Shown here: positions 28,551 to 37,072 of the stretch, piece by piece | Position numbering within the stretch: position 1 is the stretch's first letter | How the letters are laid out: the number at the start of each line of letters is the position of its first letter | Assembly: GCA_016839445.1 (NCBI GenBank) | Contig: JAEOUG010000141.1 | Span: forward strand, 1-45,578 | Length of the DNA: 45,578 nucleotides | Source of the DNA: Candidatus Thorarchaeota archaeon | GTDB lineage: Archaea > Asgardarchaeota > Thorarchaeia > Thorarchaeales > Thorarchaeaceae | Reading direction: 5' to 3' | Position numbers and translations under genes: made by a program | The notes under the pieces: generated by a model | Told to the model about the DNA's origin: nothing | Database searches by the model: none | What the model saw: only the letters and a program-made list of their open reading frames with translations

Positions 28551-29145
28551 AGAAGTGATGCTCCGGCAGACTCTCTGACACATATGTGGGGTCACTCAGG
28601 TAGCTGTTGTCCGGAGGCATTACCACGCTCCATCCTCTTGCATATTCGTAAGTTGCGCACGCTGCATGACCCATGTCAATCCATAGGCCGGGCTGGATTG
28701 GACTACCGGTCACTAAGGAATCGAACAACGCGACTATCATGGGGTCTGCAACTACTGCGAAGCTATCGTTCACATGCTTGGTGACTATCTCTCCCATACA
28801 GTCCCCAAAGCGCTTCCTCGCCTCTAGAAGTGACTCACCGTTCTTCTCTGAGTGAGTCTCGTCATTCCACATCTTGACCAGTGTTTCTATTGCCTCTTCA
28901 TATCTTGTCTTCAGGTCTGGAATCCTTACGGTTGTGAGGCATTCCTTCTTTGCGGTATCAGAATCAAACTCCTTGCCAAGAATCTCACAGGTCCTGTGTG
29001 CCGCCTTGGATGAGCATGAATAGATTGTGCGCACGCCTGGAACCACTCTTGACCTTGCGAGCTCCAGGATTTGGTTCTCACCCCTCTCGGTGAGCCTGTC
29101 GATGTCGTCCGGGTACGTTTCACCAGTTGTCACCACGTATGCCAT
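28549..29145 (-). CDS. Histidine phosphatase (PGM-like) fold protein lacking catalytic residues
   Basis: YVVTTGET (cf. RHGET), LTERG.NQ, IYSCSSKAAHRT (cf. SSPLxRAxQT), GESL.EA..R, VVAD (cf. VSH). ORF could start at 29199. Confidence 0.75.
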   Translation of the reverse strand: MAYVVTTGETYPDDIDRLTERGENQILELARSRVVPGVRTIYSCSSKAAHRTCEILGKEFDSDTAKKECLTTVRIPDLKTRYEEAIETLVKMWNDETHSEKNGESLLEARKRFGDCMGEIVTKHVNDSFAVVADPMIVALFDSLVTGSPIQPGLWIDMGHAACATYEYARGWSVVMPPDNSYLSDPTYVSESLPEHHF

Positions 29146-29250
29146 GGTCCGGGGTTCCAGCCTGGCACGAGACTCTCTCTCCTGGACGTACTCAAACATG
29201 GTGCAAACCCGCTACAGTAGTTCTGCATGCTTCCCTAATATAGGTCAGTA

Positions 29251-30225
29251 TCATTCTTCATAACGGATGCTCTTCCTGAGAACCTCGTAGGATCCGTAGC
29301 CCCCTGCCCTGCCATCAAGCTCGAACTCGCCGAAAGACTGGATGAGAATTGAAACACTTCCGTCATCGCTCCTGAAGGGTACTGGAATGATTGCGCCAGG
29401 TCGGGCCTTCAGAATATGGCTCTCTCCGTTTGCGTCTAGGATCTTGAGTTCTGTACGAAGCGGGAAGACACCATCCTCTCTGTACGCATGTTCTTGAACA
29501 CTCATCTCTACGAGTGGGATGCACTCACCATCTCTGAACATGAAGCCTCCAGTGCTCATTCTACCGTCCTCCAGTAGAATAGCAGCTGGATTGATAGCTA
29601 GGGATTCATCAAACCAAATCACGAAGTAGAACCAGTTGCCCACACCGGTCCAGTCCCTGATGCCGTGAGTGTGGTCTCGCTGACCCAGGCATGACTCAAT
29701 CTGGTACTCCTCCTCTCCAACCTTTACAGATCCACTGACTCTGCCTATTTGCTCCCAGTGCCTGTCTCCGCTCTTCTTGCCGATTTCCAGCGACTCCTCT
29801 GTCATATGCTCGCTATACTCGTACGCTTCAGTGAACGGCGTGTAACGCAGGTCTATCTTTCCCCCCACTAAGTCGGAGATCACATCCGGATTCTCTCTGA
29901 CGTGCATGAAGTCCTCAGGCCTGTTGAAGATGAGCATGGGTCCCTCGAAGGAATAGACCCAGGAGTCCTCTGAGCGACACTTGTGCTCAACGTTCTCCAC
30001 TCTGAGTGCCCCAGGATAGTGGCTTCCATCATCATTTGCGTGATAGGCTGCCACAGAACCGTTGGGTAGGAAAAGGAAGAAGAACGTCATACCGTCCTGC
30101 TTGTTGGGCTTGAAGCCAACTCGGCTCATGCCCCCGATTCTATTCTCTTTGTCATGGAAGATGAAGTAATAGCTCTCGTTCCATTCCTTCTGTTCTGATG
30201 ACGGACTGTGCGTGAGTGGCTCCAT
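29251..30225 (-). CDS. AttH/tocopherol-cyclase-like fold protein (DUF7064/7065-like)
   Basis: WNESYYF.F.D...GG..R.G..PN, HWEQ.G.V.G...V, GQRDHTHGIRDW. ATG lies 2 nt after the upstream stop. Confidence 0.65.
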   Translation of the reverse strand: MEPLTHSPSSEQKEWNESYYFIFHDKENRIGGMSRVGFKPNKQDGMTFFFLFLPNGSVAAYHANDDGSHYPGALRVENVEHKCRSEDSWVYSFEGPMLIFNRPEDFMHVRENPDVISDLVGGKIDLRYTPFTEAYEYSEHMTEESLEIGKKSGDRHWEQIGRVSGSVKVGEEEYQIESCLGQRDHTHGIRDWTGVGNWFYFVIWFDESLAINPAAILLEDGRMSTGGFMFRDGECIPLVEMSVQEHAYREDGVFPLRTELKILDANGESHILKARPGAIIPVPFRSDDGSVSILIQSFGEFELDGRAGGYGSYEVLRKSIRYEE

Positions 30226-30226
30226 G

Positions 30227-32929
30227 CTAGGAATGCTCCTCGTCCTCGAGGACGACGAAACCCTGATTGCCATCAAGGGTTACTCTCTGCCCTGTAGACA
30301 GCGCCCGGCACGCGTTTCTGATATTAGTCACTGCCGGTATGCCGAACTCCCTAGACACTACAGCTCCATGTGAGAGGATTCCGCCAGTTTCTGTCACAAG
30401 CCCTCCGATCTTAGAGAAGACAGGGGTCCATCCTGGGTCTGTCCTAGGCACCACTAGGATGTCTCCTGCGCGGACCTGTGGGATATCATTAACGCTACTA
30501 AGGACTCGAACCGTCCCAGTAACAACTCCTTGACTTGCTGGAATCCCTCTCAGAGCCTCAGAGGAATCAGGGAGAGGGTCGTTGAACTCCCTATCACCGT
30601 GGAGGAACTTGGGCGGTATGACATCCTCGTGTCTCTTGAATTCCTCATGCCTCTTCCGGGCTGCTTCTGAGAGGCTCCCCTTGTCGAGACCTGCCGGGTT
30701 CTTGACTATCCTCCTGATTTCCATTCGATGCAGGAAGAAGATGTCCTCGGCGTTCTCGAGATATCCACTGCTCCGAAGGAGGTCGCCCATTCGGAGGAAG
30801 AGCCGCCTGTGGCGTGTAATCCATCTGTCGAGATTGAAACGCTGATTCTCTCTGAAAGCTATGTAGGTCCTACTCATGTTCAAGATCGTATTGAAGAGCA
30901 TGAGCTTGATGGGTCCGAACCGCTGATTCCTGAGAGCGTCTTCAACAATCTGCTCTGCCTTTGCTCTCTTCTTTGCCAGGATCTCGCCCTGCTCTGAGAG
31001 GTCTCTGTTCTCATCTGAAACCAGGGATTTTAGAATGTCAAAGACGTAGGCGGGTTCTTCCTGCCATCTGGGATAGTACACTTCTCTTGTGAATCCTCTT
31101 ACCCCGAACTCGTCGAGGAATTCGTCCAACTTGCCTATGAACTCTGAGCCTGCCGGTGTATTCCGAGATTCAATGGTATCCCGCAGCTGATCAGAAGGCG
31201 TGACTTGCACGGCTTCCATGAGTCCTCGATCAGATCTGATGAGGTCTGCAAGACTGTAGATTCCTCTGTTGGTTTCGCTAGTCTTGTGTTCCAGCCCAGA
31301 AACAAGGATTGGGAACAATACTACTTGCGCCTTTTCACCAAGCCAGCGCTTCAGGAGATAGTTGGTAATCAGGTTCATACCAAGATTGTGGACTGGTATG
31401 CCGTATCTTACCAGCCTGAAGTGCTTCATCATCACCTTGTCCAGGTCGTCGGCCAGTCTCATCAGGTCCCCTACGGAACCTTCCGCCATGAGGGTGTCTA
31501 GCTCTTCGTCGAACATCCTGCAATACGGAAGAAAGACCTCCTCTGTCCACTTCTCATAGACACTGGCGGTCTTGGTCATTGAGCCATCCGGATCAAGCAG
31601 CATGACTCGTATTTCAGCCATGATCCGCGCTTTCAGATTGAAGGGGAGGGCTCGCATCGTTTCTCGGCCATAGGGCCCCGAACCGGCGGGGAAGTAGTTC
31701 ATGAGATCGTCGCTTCGAATGAACGGCGGCATTTCGTTGACGACTTTGGTCTTTAGTACATCCAGATTGAAGTAGGCATGTGCCCTGAAGAGCTTCATCA
31801 GCTCAGTCTGCATGCCCTTGTAGCCCATGATCTGGTTTGTCTCATTGTTGACAATGAACGTGAGGTGATCACCAAGCAAGTCAAAGAAGAGCGGAGTGAC
31901 ATTATCGTTCCAGTAGTCGTCGCTATATCCTCTTGTCCAGAAAATCTGCTCATCCTGCTCTGTTCCAGCTCCGACGGTGATCGGTCTAGACTGCAGGATG
32001 TGTAGGCTGCCAGCTCTGTCCACTGCCCACTCTATGTCCTGCGGAGATGCGAAGTGTCGCTCGATGGCGATGCCTGCTTCAGATATGCTCTCTACCTCAT
32101 CGTCATCAAGCGACGAGATTTGCCCGTCCTCTATTGTCAGAGATGTCATCTTGACTCCTGAGCCTTCATCTGGTGTGACGACTGTTCCCTTTGTCCCAAT
32201 CTCCTTAGAAACCAAAGAGAGCGTCGTCGAGTCGATGACGTATCTGTCGGGAACACCGTAGCCACTAACCACTGACTCCCCAAGTCCGAAGTTTGACTCA
32301 ATCATCATTTCTCTCTTCTCTGGGTTGAGCGGGTTGCGTGTGAACAGAACTCCGGCACTCTTGGCATCCACCATTCTCTGAACCACCACGGCAACGCGGA
32401 CCTGGTCATGTGGGATTCCATTGTCTTCTCTGTAGGCTATAGCCCTCGCAGTCCACATTGAGCCAAAGCACTTCTGAACGTGCTCTATCACTGAATCTGC
32501 GCCATCGATGTTCAAGGACGTGTCGTATTGGCCTGCAAATGACGCCTCTGGGAGATCCTCGGCAGTAGCTGAAGAGCGAACCGCCACTCTGGGCGACCCA
32601 ATCTCACGATAGGCATCTCTGATGCTGTCCGCCAGTTCCTCTGGCATGCTCGAGGTTTCCACCAATCTCCTTAGCTCGCCGGAAATTGCGTCTACATCTG
32701 ATTTGTCGGAAGCATGTTTCGCTAGGACGTTTCTCACCCTTTGCTCCAATTCGTTCTGCCTGATGAAGATCTCATAGCCGTTGGTCGTCACGACAAAGCC
32801 ATCTGGGACCCTGAAGCCTGCCTTCGCAAGCTCGCTAAGGCAAGACGCTTTTCCTCCAGTTAGGTTCCTTGTTGACTCATCTATCGATGCAATGTGAAGG
32901 ACAAGAGGGGTTTCACTCAATTCGCTCAC
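30227..32929 (-). CDS. PEP-synthase-like dikinase of rifampicin phosphotransferase/PigC architecture
   Basis: ATP-grasp (GGKA, VAVRSSATAEDL...SFAGQY, PQDIEWA, LQSRPIT); large central domain; C-terminal phospho-His swivel (TDPGWTP, GGILSHGAVVSREFGIP); no pyruvate-binding TIM barrel. Confidence 0.88.
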   Translation of the reverse strand: MSELSETPLVLHIASIDESTRNLTGGKASCLSELAKAGFRVPDGFVVTTNGYEIFIRQNELEQRVRNVLAKHASDKSDVDAISGELRRLVETSSMPEELADSIRDAYREIGSPRVAVRSSATAEDLPEASFAGQYDTSLNIDGADSVIEHVQKCFGSMWTARAIAYREDNGIPHDQVRVAVVVQRMVDAKSAGVLFTRNPLNPEKREMMIESNFGLGESVVSGYGVPDRYVIDSTTLSLVSKEIGTKGTVVTPDEGSGVKMTSLTIEDGQISSLDDDEVESISEAGIAIERHFASPQDIEWAVDRAGSLHILQSRPITVGAGTEQDEQIFWTRGYSDDYWNDNVTPLFFDLLGDHLTFIVNNETNQIMGYKGMQTELMKLFRAHAYFNLDVLKTKVVNEMPPFIRSDDLMNYFPAGSGPYGRETMRALPFNLKARIMAEIRVMLLDPDGSMTKTASVYEKWTEEVFLPYCRMFDEELDTLMAEGSVGDLMRLADDLDKVMMKHFRLVRYGIPVHNLGMNLITNYLLKRWLGEKAQVVLFPILVSGLEHKTSETNRGIYSLADLIRSDRGLMEAVQVTPSDQLRDTIESRNTPAGSEFIGKLDEFLDEFGVRGFTREVYYPRWQEEPAYVFDILKSLVSDENRDLSEQGEILAKKRAKAEQIVEDALRNQRFGPIKLMLFNTILNMSRTYIAFRENQRFNLDRWITRHRRLFLRMGDLLRSSGYLENAEDIFFLHRMEIRRIVKNPAGLDKGSLSEAARKRHEEFKRHEDVIPPKFLHGDREFNDPLPDSSEALRGIPASQGVVTGTVRVLSSVNDIPQVRAGDILVVPRTDPGWTPVFSKIGGLVTETGGILSHGAVVSREFGIPAVTNIRNACRALSTGQRVTLDGNQGFVVLEDEEHS

Positions 32930-33073
32930 CTTTGCTGTGCTGTATCCGTCAGATGCCTGAAGAGAACGGTGCTAAGAGGATTTCGGCAAGGAGGCGCTGG
33001 CGGCGAATGGCATCGTGGTTGCCGCAACAGTCTTTAAGGATTCACAGGCGAAGTCAATACGAGGAAGCACGAG

Positions 33074-33754
33074 ATGCGCATAACCCCCGACAAGATTGGC
33101 AAGCTGGATGGCAAGACCTGCTTCATCTGCGGGCAGTACCTGTTGAACTCAACTGGAGATGACGTGGCTTATCTGCCAGTACACACTGGGAAATCAGTCA
33201 GAGCGCAGCCTGAGCGCTATTACCTCTTCAGCTGCCCAAACTGTGAATCAACAGGTCACAAGCGCTGTTGGTACAACGTCGGCGAACGGAAGCTCCGAAA
33301 GGGCTGGTTCGGGAAGGAGTGGCAGCTCATTTGCCCGTCCTGTGGACACGTCATGTCAGACAAGAGAGAGAAGAGAACAGACTGGAAGAACGGTTACCAG
33401 ATTCCTGGGCACCCGGACTCAGAGATACTCGAGCTCTACAAGGCTGATGTTGTGGCGTGGAAGGCTGGTTCCGTATTCCGAGGCATTGGCAGGGCGGTTG
33501 ACGGCTTCTTCAAATCTGTGGGTATTGGCTCACTTGACAGCCCTGAGCAGAGTTCCATCGCGGCTGCTGCTGCGAAGATCGGGAAGACCCTTCAGGACAT
33601 CGCACAGCAAGTATTCAAGCTTGATCTCTCTGAGAAGGAGAGATCTGAACTCAAGGAGCTGAAGTGTTTGAATTGCGGAGCGCCTCTACCACTCCCTGGT
33701 GAGTTTGACGATGCAGTTGTCTGTGCGCACTGCAATACAGCCCATCTACTCTAG
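33074..33754 (+). CDS. RING/PHD-like (C4HC3) zinc-finger protein with C-terminal Zn ribbon
   Basis: CFIC...CPNCESTGHKRCW...CPSC; C-terminal CLNCGAPL...VVCAHC. Confidence 0.7.
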   Translation: MRITPDKIGKLDGKTCFICGQYLLNSTGDDVAYLPVHTGKSVRAQPERYYLFSCPNCESTGHKRCWYNVGERKLRKGWFGKEWQLICPSCGHVMSDKREKRTDWKNGYQIPGHPDSEILELYKADVVAWKAGSVFRGIGRAVDGFFKSVGIGSLDSPEQSSIAAAAAKIGKTLQDIAQQVFKLDLSEKERSELKELKCLNCGAPLPLPGEFDDAVVCAHCNTAHLL

Positions 33755-33826
33755 AGCCGAGATTCATTAATATGTGGTGGAAAACCACTTGGACAGTGAC
33801 AAGCCATCTGGAGGCTTAAGTTACAG

Positions 33827-34129
33827 ATGCCAATCTTCCTAGAGTTCAATCAGAGCACCTCTCAATTCTTTGAGACTACGCGCAGCGAGGCAACTGACGC
33901 GATTCTACTTGCCATCGACGAGGGCGCCAAGAAGCTCACGATGTCAGTTCCTTCAGGGACCTCAATGATCGCAAGAAGAGCCGCCGAGCGCCAAGCGAGA
34001 GGAATCACCAAGACAGGCTTCCTCTGCAACGATGGCGGCAGATACGGCCGAGATGCTGAGCTTGAGATTCTTGGTGAAGGCGGACAGCTTCCCGAGAGGC
34101 TCACACACAGCCCAAGAGAAGTCTACTAG
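33827..34129 (+). CDS. Small hypothetical protein, possible gelsolin-like fold
   Basis: GGAGG SD; 100 aa; ILLAIDEGAKKLTMSVPSGTSMIARRAAERQARGI pattern. Confidence 0.55.
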   Translation: MPIFLEFNQSTSQFFETTRSEATDAILLAIDEGAKKLTMSVPSGTSMIARRAAERQARGITKTGFLCNDGGRYGRDAELEILGEGGQLPERLTHSPREVY

Positions 34130-34213
34130 ACCTCCCTACTACGAAGAGCCCATCTACCGGGCTCATTCTAGTTTTTCTGATTCTTCAACTCATGCTACGA
34201 CTAGTGCTGCACT

Positions 34214-37012
34214 TCACTTCCATCTAGTGACCCTGTCAGACTTGGGCCTGAACGCCGTAGAGAGAGAGTGGCTGCGAGCTCGAAGAAGCACTATTCTGCC
34301 CTCTCTGTTCCTGGTATACACTAGTTCCATCTTCCCAACATATTTGCCCCACATCTCTGCATAGTACTCGGCGTGTTTCTTCTTCTGACCAATGATAGTT
34401 GGCACTGTGTGGTAGTCCTTCCTGGCCAGGAACATCCACGGTGGAGGAATTCTGACAAGTAAATAGCGAGGATTGCCGATAGGGTCGAGAATCTCTTGCA
34501 GGGCCTTTAGGTAGACTGCCTTCTCTCTGCTTGTACCTCCGTTGAGGTGGCAGTACACAGAACCCAATTCTCCCTCGTCCGCGACGACTCTTAGTTTGGT
34601 GTACTCTGTCTTGATCTCTCCTATCTGACAGAGGGTCTTTAGTAAGGCCTCTCCAATGGAGCGCATGCTTGATTTCACTGGGCCGTGCCGGATGAAAAGC
34701 CACCCTGCCTTCAGTGTCATAGGCAGGGCAACTGCACCTGATATGGCAACGCCCCAAAGGAGGATGTACAGAGCGTATTGGGCCTCCAGTTCAAGAGCTG
34801 GCGTTACCGAATCAAGGTAGTAGATTAGCATGAAGGTGCCCCAGAAGATGCCTTCCCAGAACATTGCCGCAATGGTGTTCCAAAAGACGAATCCTCTTGG
34901 CAATGACACCTTTGCGGTCTGGATGTCTTCTACCAGCCTGATGCCATCCTCGCCTTTTCGCAAGGCAGATTCCCATGACGCACGCACTTCATCTCTGTTT
35001 CCTGCACGCTTCAGCATCTGCTCGTTGACTCTCTGGAGATGTCCCTTGGAGAATGGAGGCTTCCCAACGTCGAGCCTTGTGAAACCGTTCTCGATTAGAG
35101 GTTCAAGATTCGAGACCCCAACAAAGGCCTTGAACCTTCTCTCCATGGTTTCGTAGTCAGGTCCGGGGTCATGGTTCTTCGGTTCCACACAGACGATGTG
35201 CCAGATATTGGCCGTCTTGTTGGGATTGCCCTGCTCGCTCCTGATTGCTCTTCCTCTCATCTGGTTTGAGAGCATGTATGAACCAACGAAGCTCGCTATC
35301 ACGAGTGAGTTGATGGATGGTGCATCCCAACCTTCGCCTAGCAGTGATTTCGTGCCGACGAGCACTTCTATTCCGCCACGAGTGAAGAGGTCGGTGATTG
35401 TCCTGACAAGCTTGTGCTTCTGATCATCTCTAACAATGACACTGAGAAACCTTGGGTCGTGAGGGAGGGGCTTTGTGAGAATCTCATGCTGCTGTATGCC
35501 CACTTCTCTAGCGCAATCACGAAGAACGGACTCCGAGTCTGTGGGCACAACGACGAGTGAGCCACTGAGCACGCCAAGCTTGGCTAGGGTGCCACTCCTT
35601 CTTATTGCCTCGAAGATTGGCACTACTCCAATCTGGTTGAGAGGCGTGGAATCACTTGGTTCCTTGGGCATCGACGCACTTCGGATGTAATCAGTGAGCA
35701 CCACCATTCTGAGGTTCTCTTCGAGGGACTTCGACTCTAGCGATACTATGTCGACAATGCTCTGGAGCTTCGAGATGCTTCGCTTTAGCAGCTTCTCGAT
35801 GGCCTTGACATTCCTTAGGCGTACCCTGCGCAACTCCAGCGCACCTAGTCGCTTCAGCTCATCTCTGATCTCAACCAAGTAGCCCGGATGCTTCGGACGG
35901 TCAATGCCCGGAGGATAGAGAATCCTCGTGAGTAGTATCTCCAGCCATTCATCATCCAGATCCGGAATGTTACGCGCGGAGTCTGCAACAAGACTGACTG
36001 CTGACTTCTCAATCTTGAGCCCCTTCGCCCGTAAGTACACGAGCATTGAGGAGTAGTAGTCCGGCTCATCAAGGATCTCTTCGATGTGGGAGTCTGGTGA
36101 GACTATCCAAGGGTGCTCCTCGACATGTCTGGTGAACTCCTCGTTATCAGCAAGCCAATTCTTGAAGTCCTGAACGCCTCTCCGGAAAATCCTGAGCTCT
36201 TCGCTCTCGGCATCTGAGGGCGTTGTGAACATGAGAAGGTCCTGATGGGGACATAGGTTTCCTTCCAGTACAAGTTCTGGGACAGGAATCTGGGCGTCTA
36301 CAGGTCCGCACAGTTCTATGTATCTCTCCCACTCGTAGTCTGGCACATCGAATGGTGGAGTTGCAGTGAGGCTCACAATCTGGACGTCTTCGCGGATTGA
36401 TTCGATCAAACTCGTAAGGCTCTTCCACCAGCTCGACCTCAAATGGTGTGCTTCATCCAGAACGATGGTTCTGATTCCGATAGCCTTCAGCTCACCTGCA
36501 AGATCCGTGATAATCCTGTTTCTGTTTGACCTCTTCTTCTGGTCAAGCCAGGAATGTATTTTCGTGCCCGTGGACTCCTTAGGCTGTTCTTCCTCTAGAT
36601 CGCCCTCCTCTGTTTCCTCTTGCATCTGCTCTTCTTCTTCGTCTGAGCCTTCCTCGGCCTCTTTGCCCCGCGACATTACAGAATGGAGTGCTTGGTAGGT
36701 GGAGACATTGAAGAACATCGGCTCGTCTAGATCTCTGGAGATCCAATCTGGGATTCCCGACCCTTCAGGGAGAAACAGCTCTACAAGCCGTCGGACCCAT
36801 TGGTCTCGTATTGCTAGTGTCGGTGCGAGAATGAGAGCGGGTCCATCCAGACGGAGGACCACTTCAAGCCCGAGGACGGTCTTTCCAGACCCCGGTGCGG
36901 CCACGACATGCAGTTTCTCGTCCTCAAGGTGTTGCTCTAGCTCCCCTAGGACTCGTGCTTGGTATGGTCTCCACGTTGATCTGAATCTTGTGTCTTCAGG
37001 AAATGTTCTCAT
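34214..37012 (-). CDS. SF2 (ResIII/DEAH-like) helicase with C-terminal hydrophobic hairpin
   Basis: WRPYQ, AAPGSGKT, TYQ, LDEAHH, LTATP, LGEGWDAP, QMRGRAIR; two hydrophobic helices after the helicase core. Confidence 0.92.
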   Translation of the reverse strand: MRTFPEDTRFRSTWRPYQARVLGELEQHLEDEKLHVVAAPGSGKTVLGLEVVLRLDGPALILAPTLAIRDQWVRRLVELFLPEGSGIPDWISRDLDEPMFFNVSTYQALHSVMSRGKEAEEGSDEEEEQMQEETEEGDLEEEQPKESTGTKIHSWLDQKKRSNRNRIITDLAGELKAIGIRTIVLDEAHHLRSSWWKSLTSLIESIREDVQIVSLTATPPFDVPDYEWERYIELCGPVDAQIPVPELVLEGNLCPHQDLLMFTTPSDAESEELRIFRRGVQDFKNWLADNEEFTRHVEEHPWIVSPDSHIEEILDEPDYYSSMLVYLRAKGLKIEKSAVSLVADSARNIPDLDDEWLEILLTRILYPPGIDRPKHPGYLVEIRDELKRLGALELRRVRLRNVKAIEKLLKRSISKLQSIVDIVSLESKSLEENLRMVVLTDYIRSASMPKEPSDSTPLNQIGVVPIFEAIRRSGTLAKLGVLSGSLVVVPTDSESVLRDCAREVGIQQHEILTKPLPHDPRFLSVIVRDDQKHKLVRTITDLFTRGGIEVLVGTKSLLGEGWDAPSINSLVIASFVGSYMLSNQMRGRAIRSEQGNPNKTANIWHIVCVEPKNHDPGPDYETMERRFKAFVGVSNLEPLIENGFTRLDVGKPPFSKGHLQRVNEQMLKRAGNRDEVRASWESALRKGEDGIRLVEDIQTAKVSLPRGFVFWNTIAAMFWEGIFWGTFMLIYYLDSVTPALELEAQYALYILLWGVAISGAVALPMTLKAGWLFIRHGPVKSSMRSIGEALLKTLCQIGEIKTEYTKLRVVADEGELGSVYCHLNGGTSREKAVYLKALQEILDPIGNPRYLLVRIPPPWMFLARKDYHTVPTIIGQKKKHAEYYAEMWGKYVGKMELVYTRNREGRIVLLRARSHSLSTAFRPKSDRVTRWK

Positions 37013-37072
37013 CCACGAATGCTCCCGCGCTTGCTTCTCTTAAAGGGATATTAATCGATTCCGTGGCTGTAG

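Noticed and set aside
30227-32929. Call as ppsA or as a rifampicin resistance gene
   Set aside because: Lacks the PEP/pyruvate TIM barrel of PpsA; shares only domain order with RPH, so the substrate cannot be assigned.
36580-36665. CT-rich low-complexity tract as a DNA repeat
   Set aside because: Explained by Glu codons of the helicase acidic insertion.
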